Shown: in pieces, positions 40,122 through 52,792 of the stretch
Layout of the letters: every line of letters begins with the position of its first letter
Numbering within the stretch: the stretch's first letter is position 1
NCBI GenBank assembly: GCA_038245785.1
Contig: JBBRSB010000002.1
Coordinates: forward strand, 160,001 to 224,000
Length of the DNA stretch: 64,000 bases
Reading direction: 5' to 3'
Source of the DNA: Gloeobacterales cyanobacterium
GTDB lineage: Bacteria; Cyanobacteriota; Cyanobacteriia; Gloeobacterales; PMM-0068
Notes under the pieces: generated by a model
Database searches by the model: none
What the model saw: the letters and a program-made list of their open reading frames with translations, nothing else
What the model was told of the DNA's origin: nothing
Translations under genes and position numbers: made by a program

Positions 40122-42128
40122 TTATTCTAAAAGGGCCTTAGCCGTCGCGCAGACGTTGTCTATCGTGAAGCCGAACTCTTCCATACACTTAGGCCCAGGA
40201 GCCGAAGCACCAAAGGTTTCAATGCTGACATGAGCCTTGGCGTAGCGCTGCCAACCAAAGTTGGTCGCTGCCTCAATCGACACCCGATTCGTGACCGCAG
40301 GAGGAAGGACGGAATCTTTGTAGGCTTGAGATTGCTCTTCAAAAATCTCCCAGCAAGGCATCGATACCACACGCACTTTAGTGCCTTCAGCACTCAGTTT
40401 TTTCGCAGCATCGACGGCTAGAGAAACTTCAGAACCAGTAGCAATCAAAATCAGGTCAGGCGTTCCCTTACTGTCTAATAAAGTGTAAGCACCCTTCGCT
40501 ACTGCCTCGACAGAAGAGCCTTCCAAGTTGGGCAGATTCTGACGGGTAAGAATCAAAGAGGTGGGCATGTCACGACGTTCAATCGCAATTTTCCAGGCCC
40601 CAGAAGTCTCATTGCCATCTGCAGGACGAATGACTAGCATGCCAGGCATCACCCGCAAGGAAGCAATCGTTTCGACAGGCTGGTGGGTAGGACCATCTTC
40701 TCCCAGAGCAATTGAGTCATGGGTCAGGATGTAGGGAACACCAATACCGGCCAAGGAAGAAATGCGCATCGAGCCACGCATATAATCCGCGAAGACCAAG
40801 AAGGTTGCACCGTAGGGAATTACGCCTTTGTGGAGCACCATGCCATTGAGGATAGAACCCATACCATGCTCACGCACTCCATAGCGGAGGTTGCGTCCTT
40901 CATAGGAGCTCTTTTGATAATCAGGAAGTCCTTTGAGGTAGGTCATGTTGGAGTGAGCGAGGTCAGCCGACCCTCCCATTAGTTCTGGCATCACTTTCGA
41001 AAGAGCATTGAGCACGATCCCAGAGTGATTACGGGTGGAATTGCCTTTATCTGCTGCGGTGTAGGAAGGCAGCGCTTTCTCCCAATCCTTGGGCAGCGTA
41101 GTAGAAGTGAAACGTTCATATTCGGCGGCGAGTTCTGGATATTCAGCTTTGTAGCCTTCAAATAGCTTGTTCCAAGCCGCTTCAGCCTCTGGGCCTTTCT
41201 CAACACATTTGCGGAACTCGGCCAAAGCTTCATCGGGTACATGGAACTTTGGTTCTACAGGCCAACCCAAATTCTCTTTGGTCAAACGGACTTCATCTTC
41301 TCCCAGTGCAGCCCCGTGCACCCCTTCTGTACCTTGCTTATTGGGAGAACCAAAGCCAATTGTGGTCCGAATCTTGATCATGCTGGGTTTGTCTTTGACG
41401 GCCTTAGCAGCAGAAATCGCTTTCTCGATAGCCGCTAAATCAGTGTTGCCATCGGCGACGATCTGTACATGCCAGCCGTAGGCTTCATAGCGCTTAGCAA
41501 CATCTTCGGTGAAGGCCAAATCTGTGGAACCATCGATGGAAATGTGGTTATCGTCATAGAGCATGATTAGCTTGCCGAGGCCCAAGTGACCTGCAAGAGA
41601 CGCTGCTTCTGAAGCGACCCCTTCCATATTGCAACCATCACCCAAAATGACATAGGTGTAGTGGTCCACAATCGGGAAACCAGGCTTGTTGAAGCGAGCT
41701 GCTAAATGAGCTTCGACCATCGCCATCCCAACGGCATTACCGACCCCTTGTCCCAAAGGCCCAGTGGTGGTTTCAATCCCACTGGTCATGAAGTTTTCGG
41801 GGTGGCCTGGAGTTTTGGAACCCCATTGACGGAATTGTTGTAGCTGCTCCATGGGCAGACCATAGCCCGTCAAATGCAGCAGAGAGTACAAGAGCATCGA
41901 ACCGTGGCCGGCCGAGAGCACAAAGCGGTCCCGGTCTACCCATGTATGATTCTTGGGATTGTGCTTCAAAAGTTTGGTCCAGAGGACGTAGGCCATAGGC
42001 GCACAGCCCATAGGGAGACCAGGGTGGCCGGAGTTTGCCTTTTGAACTGCATCAACCGACAGAAAGCGGATGGAGTTGATGCATAGTTCATCTAAGCGGG
42101 TCATTTTGCGTTCGAGGGTTCCAGTCAT
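40122..42128 (-). CDS. tkt: Transketolase
   Basis: [46 protein letters not shown]. Start at MTGTLERK. Confidence 0.96.
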   Translation of the reverse strand: MTGTLERKMTRLDELCINSIRFLSVDAVQKANSGHPGLPMGCAPMAYVLWTKLLKHNPKNHTWVDRDRFVLSAGHGSMLLYSLLHLTGYGLPMEQLQQFRQWGSKTPGHPENFMTSGIETTTGPLGQGVGNAVGMAMVEAHLAARFNKPGFPIVDHYTYVILGDGCNMEGVASEAASLAGHLGLGKLIMLYDDNHISIDGSTDLAFTEDVAKRYEAYGWHVQIVADGNTDLAAIEKAISAAKAVKDKPSMIKIRTTIGFGSPNKQGTEGVHGAALGEDEVRLTKENLGWPVEPKFHVPDEALAEFRKCVEKGPEAEAAWNKLFEGYKAEYPELAAEYERFTSTTLPKDWEKALPSYTAADKGNSTRNHSGIVLNALSKVMPELMGGSADLAHSNMTYLKGLPDYQKSSYEGRNLRYGVREHGMGSILNGMVLHKGVIPYGATFLVFADYMRGSMRISSLAGIGVPYILTHDSIALGEDGPTHQPVETIASLRVMPGMLVIRPADGNETSGAWKIAIERRDMPTSLILTRQNLPNLEGSSVEAVAKGAYTLLDSKGTPDLILIATGSEVSLAVDAAKKLSAEGTKVRVVSMPCWEIFEEQSQAYKDSVLPPAVTNRVSIEAATNFGWQRYAKAHVSIETFGASAPGPKCMEEFGFTIDNVCATAKALLE

Positions 42129-42186
42129 GCGGAGTTCCTTATCCTTAAAGTGGGAGACGTTTGAGACGAGAACAAAAGTGGAAGGA

Positions 42187-43179
42187 CTACTTCTTGGCAC
42201 CGACAGGGGTTTGACTTGTCAAGACTTCGTAGATAGCCCGCAGTTTGAGCCCCATGAGGACCTGGAAGAATCCAGTACCATCATTAGACCCTGGATAGTC
42301 CGTATGCTTCAGCAACAGAGAAGACAACTCGCCGTATTCTTTTTCTGAGGTGTTGAGCAATTTTTCTTCAACGTTGGGCGCATCTGCTGGTACAAACTCT
42401 CCATCAATCGATAGATAGGAAGAAGGAGATCCGTAGTAGTCCGTGCGTCCGTAGCAAAACGTGATTTCAGGGTGAGAATTGGGGAACTTAGGCCGCCAGC
42501 AGAGGTCTGCAATCGCAGGGTCGAAGATATAGGCAGGCTCGTAGTGAGGAATGCCGTCTTTCTGGACCATACGAGCCTTGACGACTTTGTTGCCGCCTTC
42601 TTTTTCGGGCAGGTCGCTGGGCAGAATCTCAAGAACGACATCCGCAAATTTTTTCTGGGGGTCGATATAAGCTTCAAAGTCGGGTTTACGGGAATTGATC
42701 GCTTGCATTACTTCTTCCCGAGTATGTCCCCGTTCTGCCATATCGCGCTGCATCTTCCACTGGATTTTAATCGTATTGCTCAGATCAAAGTAGACCTTGA
42801 AATCGAGGAGGTTGCGGACCCGCTCATCATAGAAAGGATGAAGTCCTTCCACCACGATGATGTGGTTCGGTTCGATAACCTCGGCCGGATCCAGCATGCC
42901 GGTTTCGTGATTATAAATAGGCTTGTCGATGGCCTGACCGCTCTTGAGCGCTTTTAGTTGCTCTGCCATCAAGTCAAAGTTATTGGCTCTGGGGTCCAAA
43001 GCCGTAATTCCAGTCTCTTTGCGCTGCTTACGGTCAAGGGAGTGGTAATCATCCAGGCAGATCACCGTGATCAGGGACTTGCTAAAGAGGTCTGATAAAC
43101 GACGCAAGAAGGTGGATTTTCCACAGCCGGAATCCCCGCCTACTCCAATCATCACAACCCGTTCCGGCTTACTAGTCAT
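42187..43179 (-). CDS. prk: Phosphoribulokinase
   Basis: [46 protein letters not shown]. Confidence 0.95.
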   Translation of the reverse strand: MTSKPERVVMIGVGGDSGCGKSTFLRRLSDLFSKSLITVICLDDYHSLDRKQRKETGITALDPRANNFDLMAEQLKALKSGQAIDKPIYNHETGMLDPAEVIEPNHIIVVEGLHPFYDERVRNLLDFKVYFDLSNTIKIQWKMQRDMAERGHTREEVMQAINSRKPDFEAYIDPQKKFADVVLEILPSDLPEKEGGNKVVKARMVQKDGIPHYEPAYIFDPAIADLCWRPKFPNSHPEITFCYGRTDYYGSPSSYLSIDGEFVPADAPNVEEKLLNTSEKEYGELSSLLLKHTDYPGSNDGTGFFQVLMGLKLRAIYEVLTSQTPVGAKK

Positions 43180-43676
43180 AAGGCTTGGTTCTCCAAACAG
43201 TCCAAAATAGAGGATACGCAGATAGTAAAAGAGCTAGCTCCAGATAAAACTGGGCATACTTCCCTTGATGCTACCAGAAGTTAACGCCATGGCCAGAGTC
43301 CCTAAAAGGAAGCTCTGCGTTCTGTTTCACAGCGACGGCCACAGTACCCTGCAGTCTACTAGTCGCGTCCTCATCATAGGACGAATTTCGAATATTCGAA
43401 GTACTTCCTTAAAAAAAGCCGAAGCTTATATTTTCTCTTCTACTTCAGATAGGCAAAATATTCTGGAAGAAATTCTGAGGTTCACCATGTTCAGCCTCCA
43501 GAGGCAATCTTTGATAGTCTGAAGAACCTGGACAGACCACCATAGGAGTATGCTAATACGTGCGCTAACCTGGCACCTACTGAGGCTGACGGTTATATTG
43601 GTGTATCCTGTTGTCTAATTAACAAACCGTCACAACCTTCAAATATCGCCCCTAAGTGCCTAGGAGAGGAGCTATC

Positions 43677-44564
43677 ATGGCCCAGACCGCAAGCAGCGTT
43701 GAAATTCCCGTCAATACATATCGCCCAAACGAACCTTTCGTGGGTAAGGCTGTAGAAGTTGAACGGTTAACCCCAGATGACTCCCCTAATGATGTACGGC
43801 ACATTGTGCTGGATCTTTCTCAGGGAAACTTAACCTATGTAGAGGGTCAGAGTATCGGCATCATCCCAATGGGAAACCAGGCCAGCGGCAAGCCCCACAA
43901 ACTACGTCTCTATTCCATTGCTTCTACCCGCACAGGGGACGAAGGTGGCGCTAGAACGGTTAGCCTCTGTGTCAAGCGAGTGGTGTACAAGAATGAAGCT
44001 GGTGAAACCATCAAAGGGGTCGCCTCCAACTATCTCTGTGACCTCGAAGTAGACCAAGACGTGATGATTACCGGACCTGTGGGAAAAAATTTCCTGCTGC
44101 CTGAGGACCCTACGACCAATTTAGTCCTCATTGCTACGGGTACGGGAATTGCTCCTTTCAGAGCCTTCTTGATCCACATTTTTCAAGAACTAGCGCAGCC
44201 TTGGACCGGAGAGGTTCATCTATTCTTTGGAGTCCAGACTTCTACTGACGTCCTATACGAAGATCTGTACGAAGAACTCAAGGCCAAGCACCCCAATTTC
44301 CATATCCATCTGGCCAAGTCCCGCGAAGAAAAAACAGCGGACGGCCAAAAGATGTATGTCCAAGGCCGGATTGCCGAAAAGGCTGACCAGCTCTGGGACC
44401 TAATGGCGAAGGGTAATACCTACACCTTTATCTGCGGTCTGCGCGGTATGGAAGATGGGATTGATGCAGTCTATAGCCCGCTTGCTGAGAAGCATGGCAA
44501 AGAGTGGCCGACGATGCAGTCTGAGTTGAAGCGGGCTGGATTCTGGCACGTAGAGACCTACTAA
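43677..44564 (+). CDS. petH: Ferredoxin-NADP+ reductase, short form without the CpcD-like domain
   Basis: IPVNTYRP, EGQSIGII, LRLYSIAS, ATGTGIAPFR, CGLRGME, WHVETY. Confidence 0.95.
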   Translation: MAQTASSVEIPVNTYRPNEPFVGKAVEVERLTPDDSPNDVRHIVLDLSQGNLTYVEGQSIGIIPMGNQASGKPHKLRLYSIASTRTGDEGGARTVSLCVKRVVYKNEAGETIKGVASNYLCDLEVDQDVMITGPVGKNFLLPEDPTTNLVLIATGTGIAPFRAFLIHIFQELAQPWTGEVHLFFGVQTSTDVLYEDLYEELKAKHPNFHIHLAKSREEKTADGQKMYVQGRIAEKADQLWDLMAKGNTYTFICGLRGMEDGIDAVYSPLAEKHGKEWPTMQSELKRAGFWHVETY

Positions 44565-44592
44565 ACTTCAGGTCTATCTAACAGGAACATTT

Positions 44593-45402
44593 ATGTCCGT
44601 TCCTATTGTGATGACCATTGCCGGATCGGATTCGGGTGGGGGTGCTGGGATACAAGCGGATTTGAAGACCTTTAGCTTTCTTCAAGTCCACGGAACCAGT
44701 GCCCTTACCTGCGTTACGGCCCAGAACACTCAGGGAGTCACTGCTGTTGTAACCCTAGCCCCTGAAGACGTAGTCCAACAGATTCAAACAGTTCGTGATG
44801 ATATGCCCGTGGCCGCTGCTAAGACAGGGATGCTGCTCAATCAAGGCATCATTGAAGCAGTAGCCAGAGCGCTAGAAGAAGATCCAATCACGCTACTGGT
44901 GGTAGATCCGGTGATGGTCTCCCGCACAGGAGCCGTGCTGCTCGAACCCGGAGCCATCCAAGCCCTGCGAGAACAAATTATTCCCAAGGCGTTCATCCTT
45001 ACGCCCAATCGCTATGAAGCCGAGCTGCTCAGTGGTCTCACGATTCAGTCTCTAGAAGATATGAAGCAGGCTGCTCAAAAAATATTTAGTTTAGGCTCCG
45101 GTACCCATGCCGTCCTTGTGAAAGGAGGCGGTCTACCAAATCTGCGCGGCACGGATCTTTGGTTCGATGGAGCTCAACCCCCCATCGTCCTTACTAGTCC
45201 GATGATAGAAACTCCCCATACCCACGGCACAGGCTGCACGCTCTCTGCTGCCATCACAGCCTACCTCGCCAAGGGAGCCCGCCCGCTTGAAGCAACCCAA
45301 CAGGCAAAGATTTACCTGACAAAAGCCCTAGAACATAGCCTTGCTATCGGCAAAGGCCAAGGTCCCGTCGGTCATTTTTGGGCATTGACTCTCCCTTCTT
45401 AG
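44593..45402 (+). CDS. thiD: Hydroxymethylpyrimidine/phosphomethylpyrimidine kinase
   Basis: [34 protein letters not shown]. Confidence 0.94.
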   Translation: MSVPIVMTIAGSDSGGGAGIQADLKTFSFLQVHGTSALTCVTAQNTQGVTAVVTLAPEDVVQQIQTVRDDMPVAAAKTGMLLNQGIIEAVARALEEDPITLLVVDPVMVSRTGAVLLEPGAIQALREQIIPKAFILTPNRYEAELLSGLTIQSLEDMKQAAQKIFSLGSGTHAVLVKGGGLPNLRGTDLWFDGAQPPIVLTSPMIETPHTHGTGCTLSAAITAYLAKGARPLEATQQAKIYLTKALEHSLAIGKGQGPVGHFWALTLPS

Positions 45403-45463
45403 GAATGTCTCCCGACGCCCCGAGTCGAAGGGAGCTGTCTCCTAGGAACTGAGGGTTGAGGAT

Positions 45464-46882
<1,419 letters not shown>

Positions 46883-46947
46883 TCAACGAAATTTCTAGCA
46901 GCGGGTGACCTGTAGGTCTTTGGGACCTCTAAGGTTCTTAGAGCCTC

Positions 46948-47781
46948 TTAAACCAAGGCAGGGACTTGAGGATTCAGGTAGAAGTCAGACAACAAGGAGA
47001 ACAATTCCCGGTCTGGTTTTTCCTGGGGGACGATTCCTTCAGGCATAGAGAGGAGATGGTCTGCGATGTTCAAGTAGTACTGGCAGACGGGCTCTACGCT
47101 GGGGTCTGTTTCCGCCAACTCAAAAATGGTTTTGCCTTTGACGCGGGAGATCCGGATATCTTCCACGAGCGGCAAGACTTCTAGGATGGGCATCGGCACC
47201 GCTTCTACATATTTATCAATCAAATCTCGCTTAGAGGTACGGTTGCCCACAAGACCAGCTAGACGCAGGGGATGGGTACGCGCTTTCTCCCGGCAAGAAG
47301 CGGCAATCCGATTGGCCGCAAACAGGGCATCAAAGCCGTTGTCCGTAATGATGACGCAATAGTCAGAATAGTTGAGAGGCGCGGCGAATCCACCGCAGAC
47401 CACGTCCCCAAGGACGTCAAACAAAATAATATCAAACTCTTCAAAGGCTCTCAGCTCTTTTAGTAGTTTCATCGTCTCGCCGACTACATAGCCACCACAG
47501 CCTGCACCCGCAGGAGGACCGCCTGCTTCTACACAGTGGACACCGCCGTAGCCTTTGTAGATGACATCTTCTGCCCACACGTCTTCGTAGTGGTAATCCT
47601 TCTCTTCCAGGGTGTCGATAATGGTAGGGATTAGGAAACCAGTCAGAGCAAATGTGCTGTCGTGCTTAGGGTCACATCCGATTTGTAATACGCGCTTCCC
47701 GCGCTTAGCCAAAGCTACAGAGATGTTGCAGCTCGTTGTGGATTTGCCGATACCACCCTTGCCGTAGATCGATAGTTTCAC
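46948..47781 (-). CDS. chlL: Dark-operative protochlorophyllide reductase iron-sulfur ATPase subunit L
   Basis: [43 protein letters not shown]. Confidence 0.96.
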   Translation of the reverse strand: MKLSIYGKGGIGKSTTSCNISVALAKRGKRVLQIGCDPKHDSTFALTGFLIPTIIDTLEEKDYHYEDVWAEDVIYKGYGGVHCVEAGGPPAGAGCGGYVVGETMKLLKELRAFEEFDIILFDVLGDVVCGGFAAPLNYSDYCVIITDNGFDALFAANRIAASCREKARTHPLRLAGLVGNRTSKRDLIDKYVEAVPMPILEVLPLVEDIRISRVKGKTIFELAETDPSVEPVCQYYLNIADHLLSMPEGIVPQEKPDRELFSLLSDFYLNPQVPALV

Positions 47782-48172
47782 TGTTTTCTCCTGAGTGGGT
47801 ACCTTTCGACACGTAACGGAAGCAACATCTGCTCCCTTTATTCCTGCAATCGGTAGATTGAATCTCCTGGAATTATACAGTTAGTTAATTAATCCTCAAC
47901 GAAACCCAGAATATCCTTCCGAAGGGCAACCTGGATGGATGCAGACGTTATCAGAAGAGCGTTCCAAGGATGTAAAAAGAATTTTTATTCTTTGAAAGAA
48001 AGATTAAGGTTTCAGTTATTTTGTTAAGCTATATTTACAAAGATGTATATGAATGGATCCAGAGCTATTCAGGCGAATCTCATAGGGCATCCCGAAAATC
48101 ACCGATGAAGAGTTTATATTTCCACTTGCGCCAACATCAACTTGTGATGCAAACTTTTATGAAGTGCTTTAG

Positions 48173-48838
48173 ATGAACTTAGTGGACCCTTCAGAATCCT
48201 ATAGCCTCTTGGGCGTTTCGCCAGGGGCTAGTTTAGACACAATTAAGCAGGCTTACCGAAGGCTAGCAAGGCAATATCACCCGGATGTGGCGGGTGAACA
48301 GTCTAAGGAGCGCTTCCAACAGGTCAATGAGGCTTATCGAGTCCTTTGCACATGGACTCAAGAAGTGCAGCAAGCCCCTCCTACCCCGTCATCCAAGCCT
48401 CAGCCGCAAACACCAACCAAGTCGGCTCCGGCCTCTATCCGGATGGAGGTCAAAAGGGCTCCATCCTCACCATCTTCTCCCTTGACGCCCAAGCCTATGC
48501 CAGCACCGAATGCGCAAGCGAGAAAGCTCTCTGGTCCTGAACAGCAAGATTTTGAGAAAAGAGTGTTTTACCTTAAAAAAGCGCTGAAGAGCAGAGACTG
48601 GGTCTATGCTTTGTCTCAGGCCGAGAGCCTATTCGACACTTTGCCTGGTTATCCGGAAGCTATACACCTTTTGGCCATTACCTATCAGCGTCGGGGGAAT
48701 GCCCTGATTATCGAGAAAAAATACTCTCAAGCTCGTGCCTATCTGGCAAAGGCGCTACAAACCGAACCCAACAATAAAGCCTTAGCTTTTGAGATTGAGC
48801 GTGACTTACAGCGGATTAGCCAATCTTCGCAGGGTTGA
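48173..48838 (+). CDS. DnaJ-domain protein with a Pro-rich linker and TPR
   Basis: IKQAYRRLARQYHPD; C-terminal ARAYLAKALQTEPNN. Confidence 0.85.
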   Translation: MNLVDPSESYSLLGVSPGASLDTIKQAYRRLARQYHPDVAGEQSKERFQQVNEAYRVLCTWTQEVQQAPPTPSSKPQPQTPTKSAPASIRMEVKRAPSSPSSPLTPKPMPAPNAQARKLSGPEQQDFEKRVFYLKKALKSRDWVYALSQAESLFDTLPGYPEAIHLLAITYQRRGNALIIEKKYSQARAYLAKALQTEPNNKALAFEIERDLQRISQSSQG

Positions 48839-48844
48839 CCCTAC

Positions 48845-48882
48845 AAAAAACTGCCTCCCACATAATCGTGAGAGGCATTTTT
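48845..48882. terminator. Bidirectional intrinsic terminator
   Basis: AAAAAAC-TGCCTCCCAC-ATAATC-GTGAGAGGCA-TTTTT between convergent genes. Confidence 0.7.
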
Positions 48883-48897
48883 AAAAGACCTTGAACC

Positions 48898-49536
48898 TTA
48901 TTTATTGGGTTGAGGGGTCAGGCGCAGATAGGGCTTGACGGCCTTGTATCCTTTAGGGAACTTCGCTTTCAGTTCTTCGGGATCTGTAATCGAAGGCACA
49001 ATCACGCAATCATCTCCATCCTTCCAGTTGACTGGAGTCGCCACACTATAGTCATCCGTGAGCTGCAAGGAGTCGATAACCCGCAAAATCTCTGTAAAGT
49101 TGCGGCCCGTGCTGGCTGGATAGGTCAAGATTAGACGGAGCTTTTTCTGGGGGTCAACGATGAAGACCGAACGAACCGTTAAGGTGTTGTTGGCATTGGG
49201 ATGAATCATATCGTAGAGGTCGGAAACCTTACGGTCTGGGTCTGCCAGAATTGGATAGTTCAAAGCAGAGCCTTGAGTTTCTTGAATATCACCCACCCAG
49301 CCCTTATGAGATTCAACATCATCCACGCTGAGGGCGATGGGTTTGATATTGCGTTGGTCAAATTCTGGCTTGAGGCGAGCTACTTCTCCCAGCTCTGTGG
49401 TGCATACGGGAGTGAAGTCTTTCGGGTGAGAAAACAAAATAGCCCACTTATCGCCCATCCAATCGTAAAAATGAATAGGTCCATCTGTAGAATCTTGGGT
49501 GAAATCAGGCGCATTATCGCCTAAACGAAGAGTCAT
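48898..49536 (-). CDS. 1-Cys peroxiredoxin
   Basis: FSHPKDFTPVCTTELG, YPASTGRNF, ATPVNW. Confidence 0.94.
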   Translation of the reverse strand: MTLRLGDNAPDFTQDSTDGPIHFYDWMGDKWAILFSHPKDFTPVCTTELGEVARLKPEFDQRNIKPIALSVDDVESHKGWVGDIQETQGSALNYPILADPDRKVSDLYDMIHPNANNTLTVRSVFIVDPQKKLRLILTYPASTGRNFTEILRVIDSLQLTDDYSVATPVNWKDGDDCVIVPSITDPEELKAKFPKGYKAVKPYLRLTPQPNK

Positions 49537-49702
49537 GTCCTAGTTCTCCTGCGGTCACAACGGCTTTTTCCGCATACTTAATATACACTGCGGGTTAACA
49601 ATACACCCTCTTTCCTATAGGGCTTTAGTGGAATAAGAAAGCTTTAATATTGGCAGCTGATTGGCAGCTCGTAGGTAGTCCTGCTATATTGTTTAAGCCT
49701 GA

Positions 49703-49779
49703 GGGCGTATAGCTCAGTTGGCTAGAGCGCATCGTTGACATCGATGAGGTCACTGGTTCGAGCCCAGTTATGCCCACCA
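49703..49779 (+). tRNA. trnV: tRNA-Val(GAC), CCA encoded
   Basis: Acceptor GGGCGTA/TATGCCC, D arm AGCTCAGTTGGCTAGAGC, anticodon arm CATCG-TTGACAT-CGATG, T loop GGTTCGAG. Confidence 0.96.
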
Positions 49780-49782
49780 TTT

Positions 49783-49811
49783 AAAAACCCGCTATCCAGG
49801 CGGGTTTTGTT
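49783..49811. terminator. Intrinsic terminator after tRNA-Val
   Basis: AAAAACCCGC-TATCCAG-GCGGGTTTTGTT. Confidence 0.8.
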
Positions 49812-49832
49812 GTATCTAGAGGACTCCTGTGG

Positions 49833-50288
49833 CTACGCCAGTGTGGTGGAGCCGTTGAAATAGTCCTGAAGTTGGCGCTCATGGTCGTGGGTGAGGGTAT
49901 GTATGAGTAAGGATTCTGGAGAGAATGCTTGCACATCCAACACTTCCATGGGGTCTTTTACAGACATTACTCCTGCTACTTCCACTTCCACAACAATGCA
50001 AATAGAATGGACCCGGCCATCTCGCTCTGGTGATGAATACACCCCAACCAGACGGCGGATTTTTTCAACCTTCAAACCAGTCTCTTCTTCTATCTCCCGG
50101 TGAACGGTGGTTGGAATGTCTTCACCCCAGTCCACCATCCCTCCTGGCAATCCCCACTTGCCACTATCTCTCCGTTGAATCAGCACAATCCGACCATCAG
50201 GGAGAATTGGAATAATATTAGTACCCGTAACCGGATGACGGAAGAGGAAGCCCAACACAGATTGCCCAAAGTGCCATAAACGATGCAT
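49833..50288 (-). CDS. NUDIX hydrolase
   Basis: Nudix box GGMVDWGEDIPTTVHREIEEETGL. Confidence 0.9.
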   Translation of the reverse strand: MHRLWHFGQSVLGFLFRHPVTGTNIIPILPDGRIVLIQRRDSGKWGLPGGMVDWGEDIPTTVHREIEEETGLKVEKIRRLVGVYSSPERDGRVHSICIVVEVEVAGVMSVKDPMEVLDVQAFSPESLLIHTLTHDHERQLQDYFNGSTTLA

Positions 50289-50402
50289 AAATTCAAAGAG
50301 CCATAGAAGAACTATTAAAACGGTGTGGATAAAAGTGGTTTCATCACTTAGTCAAGTGTAGAACAATCTTTATTGCAAGGTTTGTGCTGCACGAATGGAC
50401 GT

Positions 50403-51878
50403 TTAATTTTGAACTTGTTGAGCCGATAAGTTTTTTTCTTCTGCTAAAGCTTTAAATTGCTCCTCAGTTAGCCGCCCAGCATCATGAAGTGTCTCAGCAA
50501 TTTCAGGAATGGTTAATACGGCATGCCCGCGATAGCCATTTTCTTGGAGTATATCTTTCGCTCCTTGCTGATGGTCGATGAATACTACGAGGTCATGGAC
50601 CTTTAGGCCAACTGATTTGAGCTTTTCTGCTCCTTCCATGACGCTTTTCCCCGTAATCAGAATATCGTCGATTACGACAACTGTTTCTCCCTCCCGATAA
50701 TTCCCTTCAACCAAGCGACGACCGGCATAGGATTTGACTTCCTTCCTTGGGAAAATCATTGGACAGCCAAGGCGCAGGGCTAAGCCTGTCGCTATCGGCA
50801 AAGAACCATAGGGAATGCCTGCAATTCGGTCAAACTCAAGATCTTTCAAAATATCGGCATAAGCACTAAGAATTTGGTGAAAAATCTGGGGAGTCGAGAC
50901 GATTTTGCGCAGGTCAATGTAATAGGGCAAGGTCTTTCCAGAAGCTTTTATATGGTCACCAAAGGTGATGCAACCAAGGTCATAAAGCTGGAGAATTAAA
51001 TCTCTATGAGACTGCTTATCTAGAAAACAGACATTCGACATCCATACCGAACAGGCAGGATTTCCATTAACAATCTCACGTCTTTCGTGATTAATCACTT
51101 CTCGCAAAACCTTGATCGATTCTGCTGGATCTTCACTATTTAAAAGGTTTTGCGGTACAGGAAGGATCAGTCCATCTCCACTCGCCGTCAAACCAGCAGC
51201 TAATATCTGGGCAAGATTACTGTCATCGGCCCAAATAGTAGGAGCCAAAATAATTCTTTCTGGAGCTATCTTTCGAATGCGCGCCAGAACTTCAGGTACC
51301 ACTGCCCCTACTTCAAAGGCCAACTGTTCTGGCGTTCCCCAGGTTTTAGCTTCTTTGGCTATCTGTAAATAGAGAGGAGATTCTAAAGTCGGATACTCTT
51401 GCACAACAGCAGCAGAAGGATTAGCAGTCGTGCACAAGATAAAGACAGCTTTCTCTAAATAAACCAAAAAAGGAGCTACCTGATCCTGTCCAGCATAGGG
51501 AATCAGTGTTACTGCGTCTACGCGACCATTGAGAAAAACTGTCCCAGCAAAGACTGTGGCCGTTTCAAGGTCTCCATGTTTTGCATCTAGAATAATCGGA
51601 ATATGAATAGGGATAGAGACCAAGGTCTTACGCAACAGCTCTAAGCCTGGAGGTCCTAGAGCCCTATAAAATTCTAGCGTTGGCTTGTAGGCACATACTA
51701 AATCCTTAGTCTGGGCAATCAGGTATTGCAGCCATTCATCCAAACAAGTCAGGAGACCACGGTTCGTCTTCATAGAACTATAACGAGCAGGTAGTATCTC
51801 AGGGTTAGGATCGAGTCCTACACACAGCAGACTCTGGTTGCGTTCGACAGCATTGTTGAGCTTATCAAGAAAGTTCAC
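50403..51878 (-). CDS. pyrFE: Bifunctional OMP decarboxylase / orotate phosphoribosyltransferase (PyrF-PyrE fusion)
   Basis: LCVGLDP, AYKP, ILDAKHGD; then YYIDLR, RKEVKSY, VVVIDDILITG. Confidence 0.9.
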   Translation of the reverse strand: MNFLDKLNNAVERNQSLLCVGLDPNPEILPARYSSMKTNRGLLTCLDEWLQYLIAQTKDLVCAYKPTLEFYRALGPPGLELLRKTLVSIPIHIPIILDAKHGDLETATVFAGTVFLNGRVDAVTLIPYAGQDQVAPFLVYLEKAVFILCTTANPSAAVVQEYPTLESPLYLQIAKEAKTWGTPEQLAFEVGAVVPEVLARIRKIAPERIILAPTIWADDSNLAQILAAGLTASGDGLILPVPQNLLNSEDPAESIKVLREVINHERREIVNGNPACSVWMSNVCFLDKQSHRDLILQLYDLGCITFGDHIKASGKTLPYYIDLRKIVSTPQIFHQILSAYADILKDLEFDRIAGIPYGSLPIATGLALRLGCPMIFPRKEVKSYAGRRLVEGNYREGETVVVIDDILITGKSVMEGAEKLKSVGLKVHDLVVFIDHQQGAKDILQENGYRGHAVLTIPEIAETLHDAGRLTEEQFKALAEEKNLSAQQVQN

Positions 51879-51892
51879 TTTTCGACCGTTGC

Positions 51893-52030
51893 TTAAGAAG
51901 CTTCTGCCTGGAATTCTTCTACCCTAGCCCACTGCACCGCACATTCTTTAGAACCAGCCCTTTGTGCTTCACAAATCGTACAGGCTTCTTCCATCGCTTT
52001 TTGACTTTCCTCTGTGTTCAATTCCAAGGG
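51893..52030 (-). pseudogene. CP12-like N-terminal fragment, truncated
   Basis: AMEEACTICEAQRAGSKECAVQWARVEEFQAEAS* resembles the CP12 C..CAxAWDxVEELQAEAS core. It stops before the C-terminal Cys pair. Confidence 0.6.
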
Positions 52031-52259
52031 TGTATTACAGTTAGGAAGTCCTAGAGACCTATGTGGAAATTTACCAGCAGGAAGGTCGTGCCCTGCCTCC
52101 CGCGCTTGTCCTTCAACTTGCGTAAAACTAGGCTTTATAGGCAGCAGCGCGATTAGCTCAATCATGAGGACGCGACATATAGGATAGAGCACACATCTAA
52201 AAAAGCCACTTTAGCAGGTGTCCAGTGAAAGTATCATGGGATATAGGTTTGAAAGATTT

Positions 52260-52302
52260 AGGCGGCACCCAGATTCGAACTGGGGGTAAAGGATTTGCAG
52301 TC
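52260..52302 (-). mobile_element. 3' half of tRNA-Cys(GCA): att-like scar at the left border of an integrated island
   Basis: Minus strand GACTGCAAATCCTTTACCCCCAGTTCGAATCTGGGTGCCGCCT gives the anticodon loop, T arm, acceptor 3' strand and U discriminator. No D arm or 5' acceptor strand upstream. Confidence 0.82.
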
Positions 52303-52313
52303 TTGTCTCTGCT

Positions 52314-52338
52314 CCCTTCGACTCCGCTCAGGGAGCAG
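52314..52338 (-). repeat. Micro-element copy B (intergenic, beside the tRNA scar)
   Basis: CCCTTCGACTCCGCTCAGGGAGCAG inside a TCTGCTCCC/GGGAGCAGA stem. Confidence 0.75.
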
Positions 52339-52378
52339 ATTTCAGAAAGAGTCAAAGGCACCGTCTACTAATTTTCTA

Positions 52379-52792
52379 CTAATTCAGGATTTGAACATCA
52401 GGGTAGACAAGGATTTTTCGGTCAGCCGTTAACAACGGGCAACTATGAATTCTGGCTGTAGCCACAATAATTTGGTCTGCTGGGTCATTGTGAAAGCCAA
52501 CTAATTTGGTTGACTCAACCACAATGGGAAGCGTTAAATCGAGCAACTGCACCCCTGGGTAGGCCAAAGCACCTACAAGCCAATCATCAATGGAAACAGG
52601 CAAAGTGAGGCGGCCTTTTTCAACTAACTTGGCAACTTCCCAGCAGGAGAAGATGCTGACTCCCAATCCCTGTGTCCCCTGAGCAGAGTCGAAGGGAGAC
52701 TGATATTGTTGAAGCCATTGTTGATGTTGTTGGGTCAGTCTTGCATCTCCCTGTACCCACCAAACCCAGATATGCGTATCAAGGACAATCAC
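52379..52792 (-). CDS. vapC: VapC family PIN toxin with a 24-nt in-frame insertion
   Basis: IVLDTHIWVWW, SCWEVAKL, HNDPADQIIVATA, LTADRKI. GTGA coupling to the upstream antitoxin. Confidence 0.88.
   Translation of the reverse strand: MIVLDTHIWVWWVQGDARLTQQHQQWLQQYQSPFDSAQGTQGLGVSIFSCWEVAKLVEKGRLTLPVSIDDWLVGALAYPGVQLLDLTLPIVVESTKLVGFHNDPADQIIVATARIHSCPLLTADRKILVYPDVQILN
52672..52695 (+). repeat. Micro-element copy C, in frame within vapC
   Basis: GTGTCCCCTGAGCAGAGTCGAAGG. Removing it turns QS[PFDSAQGT]QGLGVS into QSQGLGVS. Confidence 0.82.

Noticed and set aside
45409..45435. Additional micro-element copy (CTCCCGACGCCCCGAGTCGAAGGGAG); also CCTTCGACAGGCTC at 5461-5474
   Set aside because: Only the GTCGAAGG half matches. 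These may be degenerate copies or chance, so they were not counted.
49703..49811. tRNA-Val as an integration site
   Set aside because: It is followed directly by its terminator and housekeeping genes. No duplicated 3' end was seen in the window.
52260..52370. Intact or intron-containing tRNA-Cys
   Set aside because: No D arm or 5' acceptor strand (GGCGGCA...) is found upstream on the minus strand. Only the 3' half is present.
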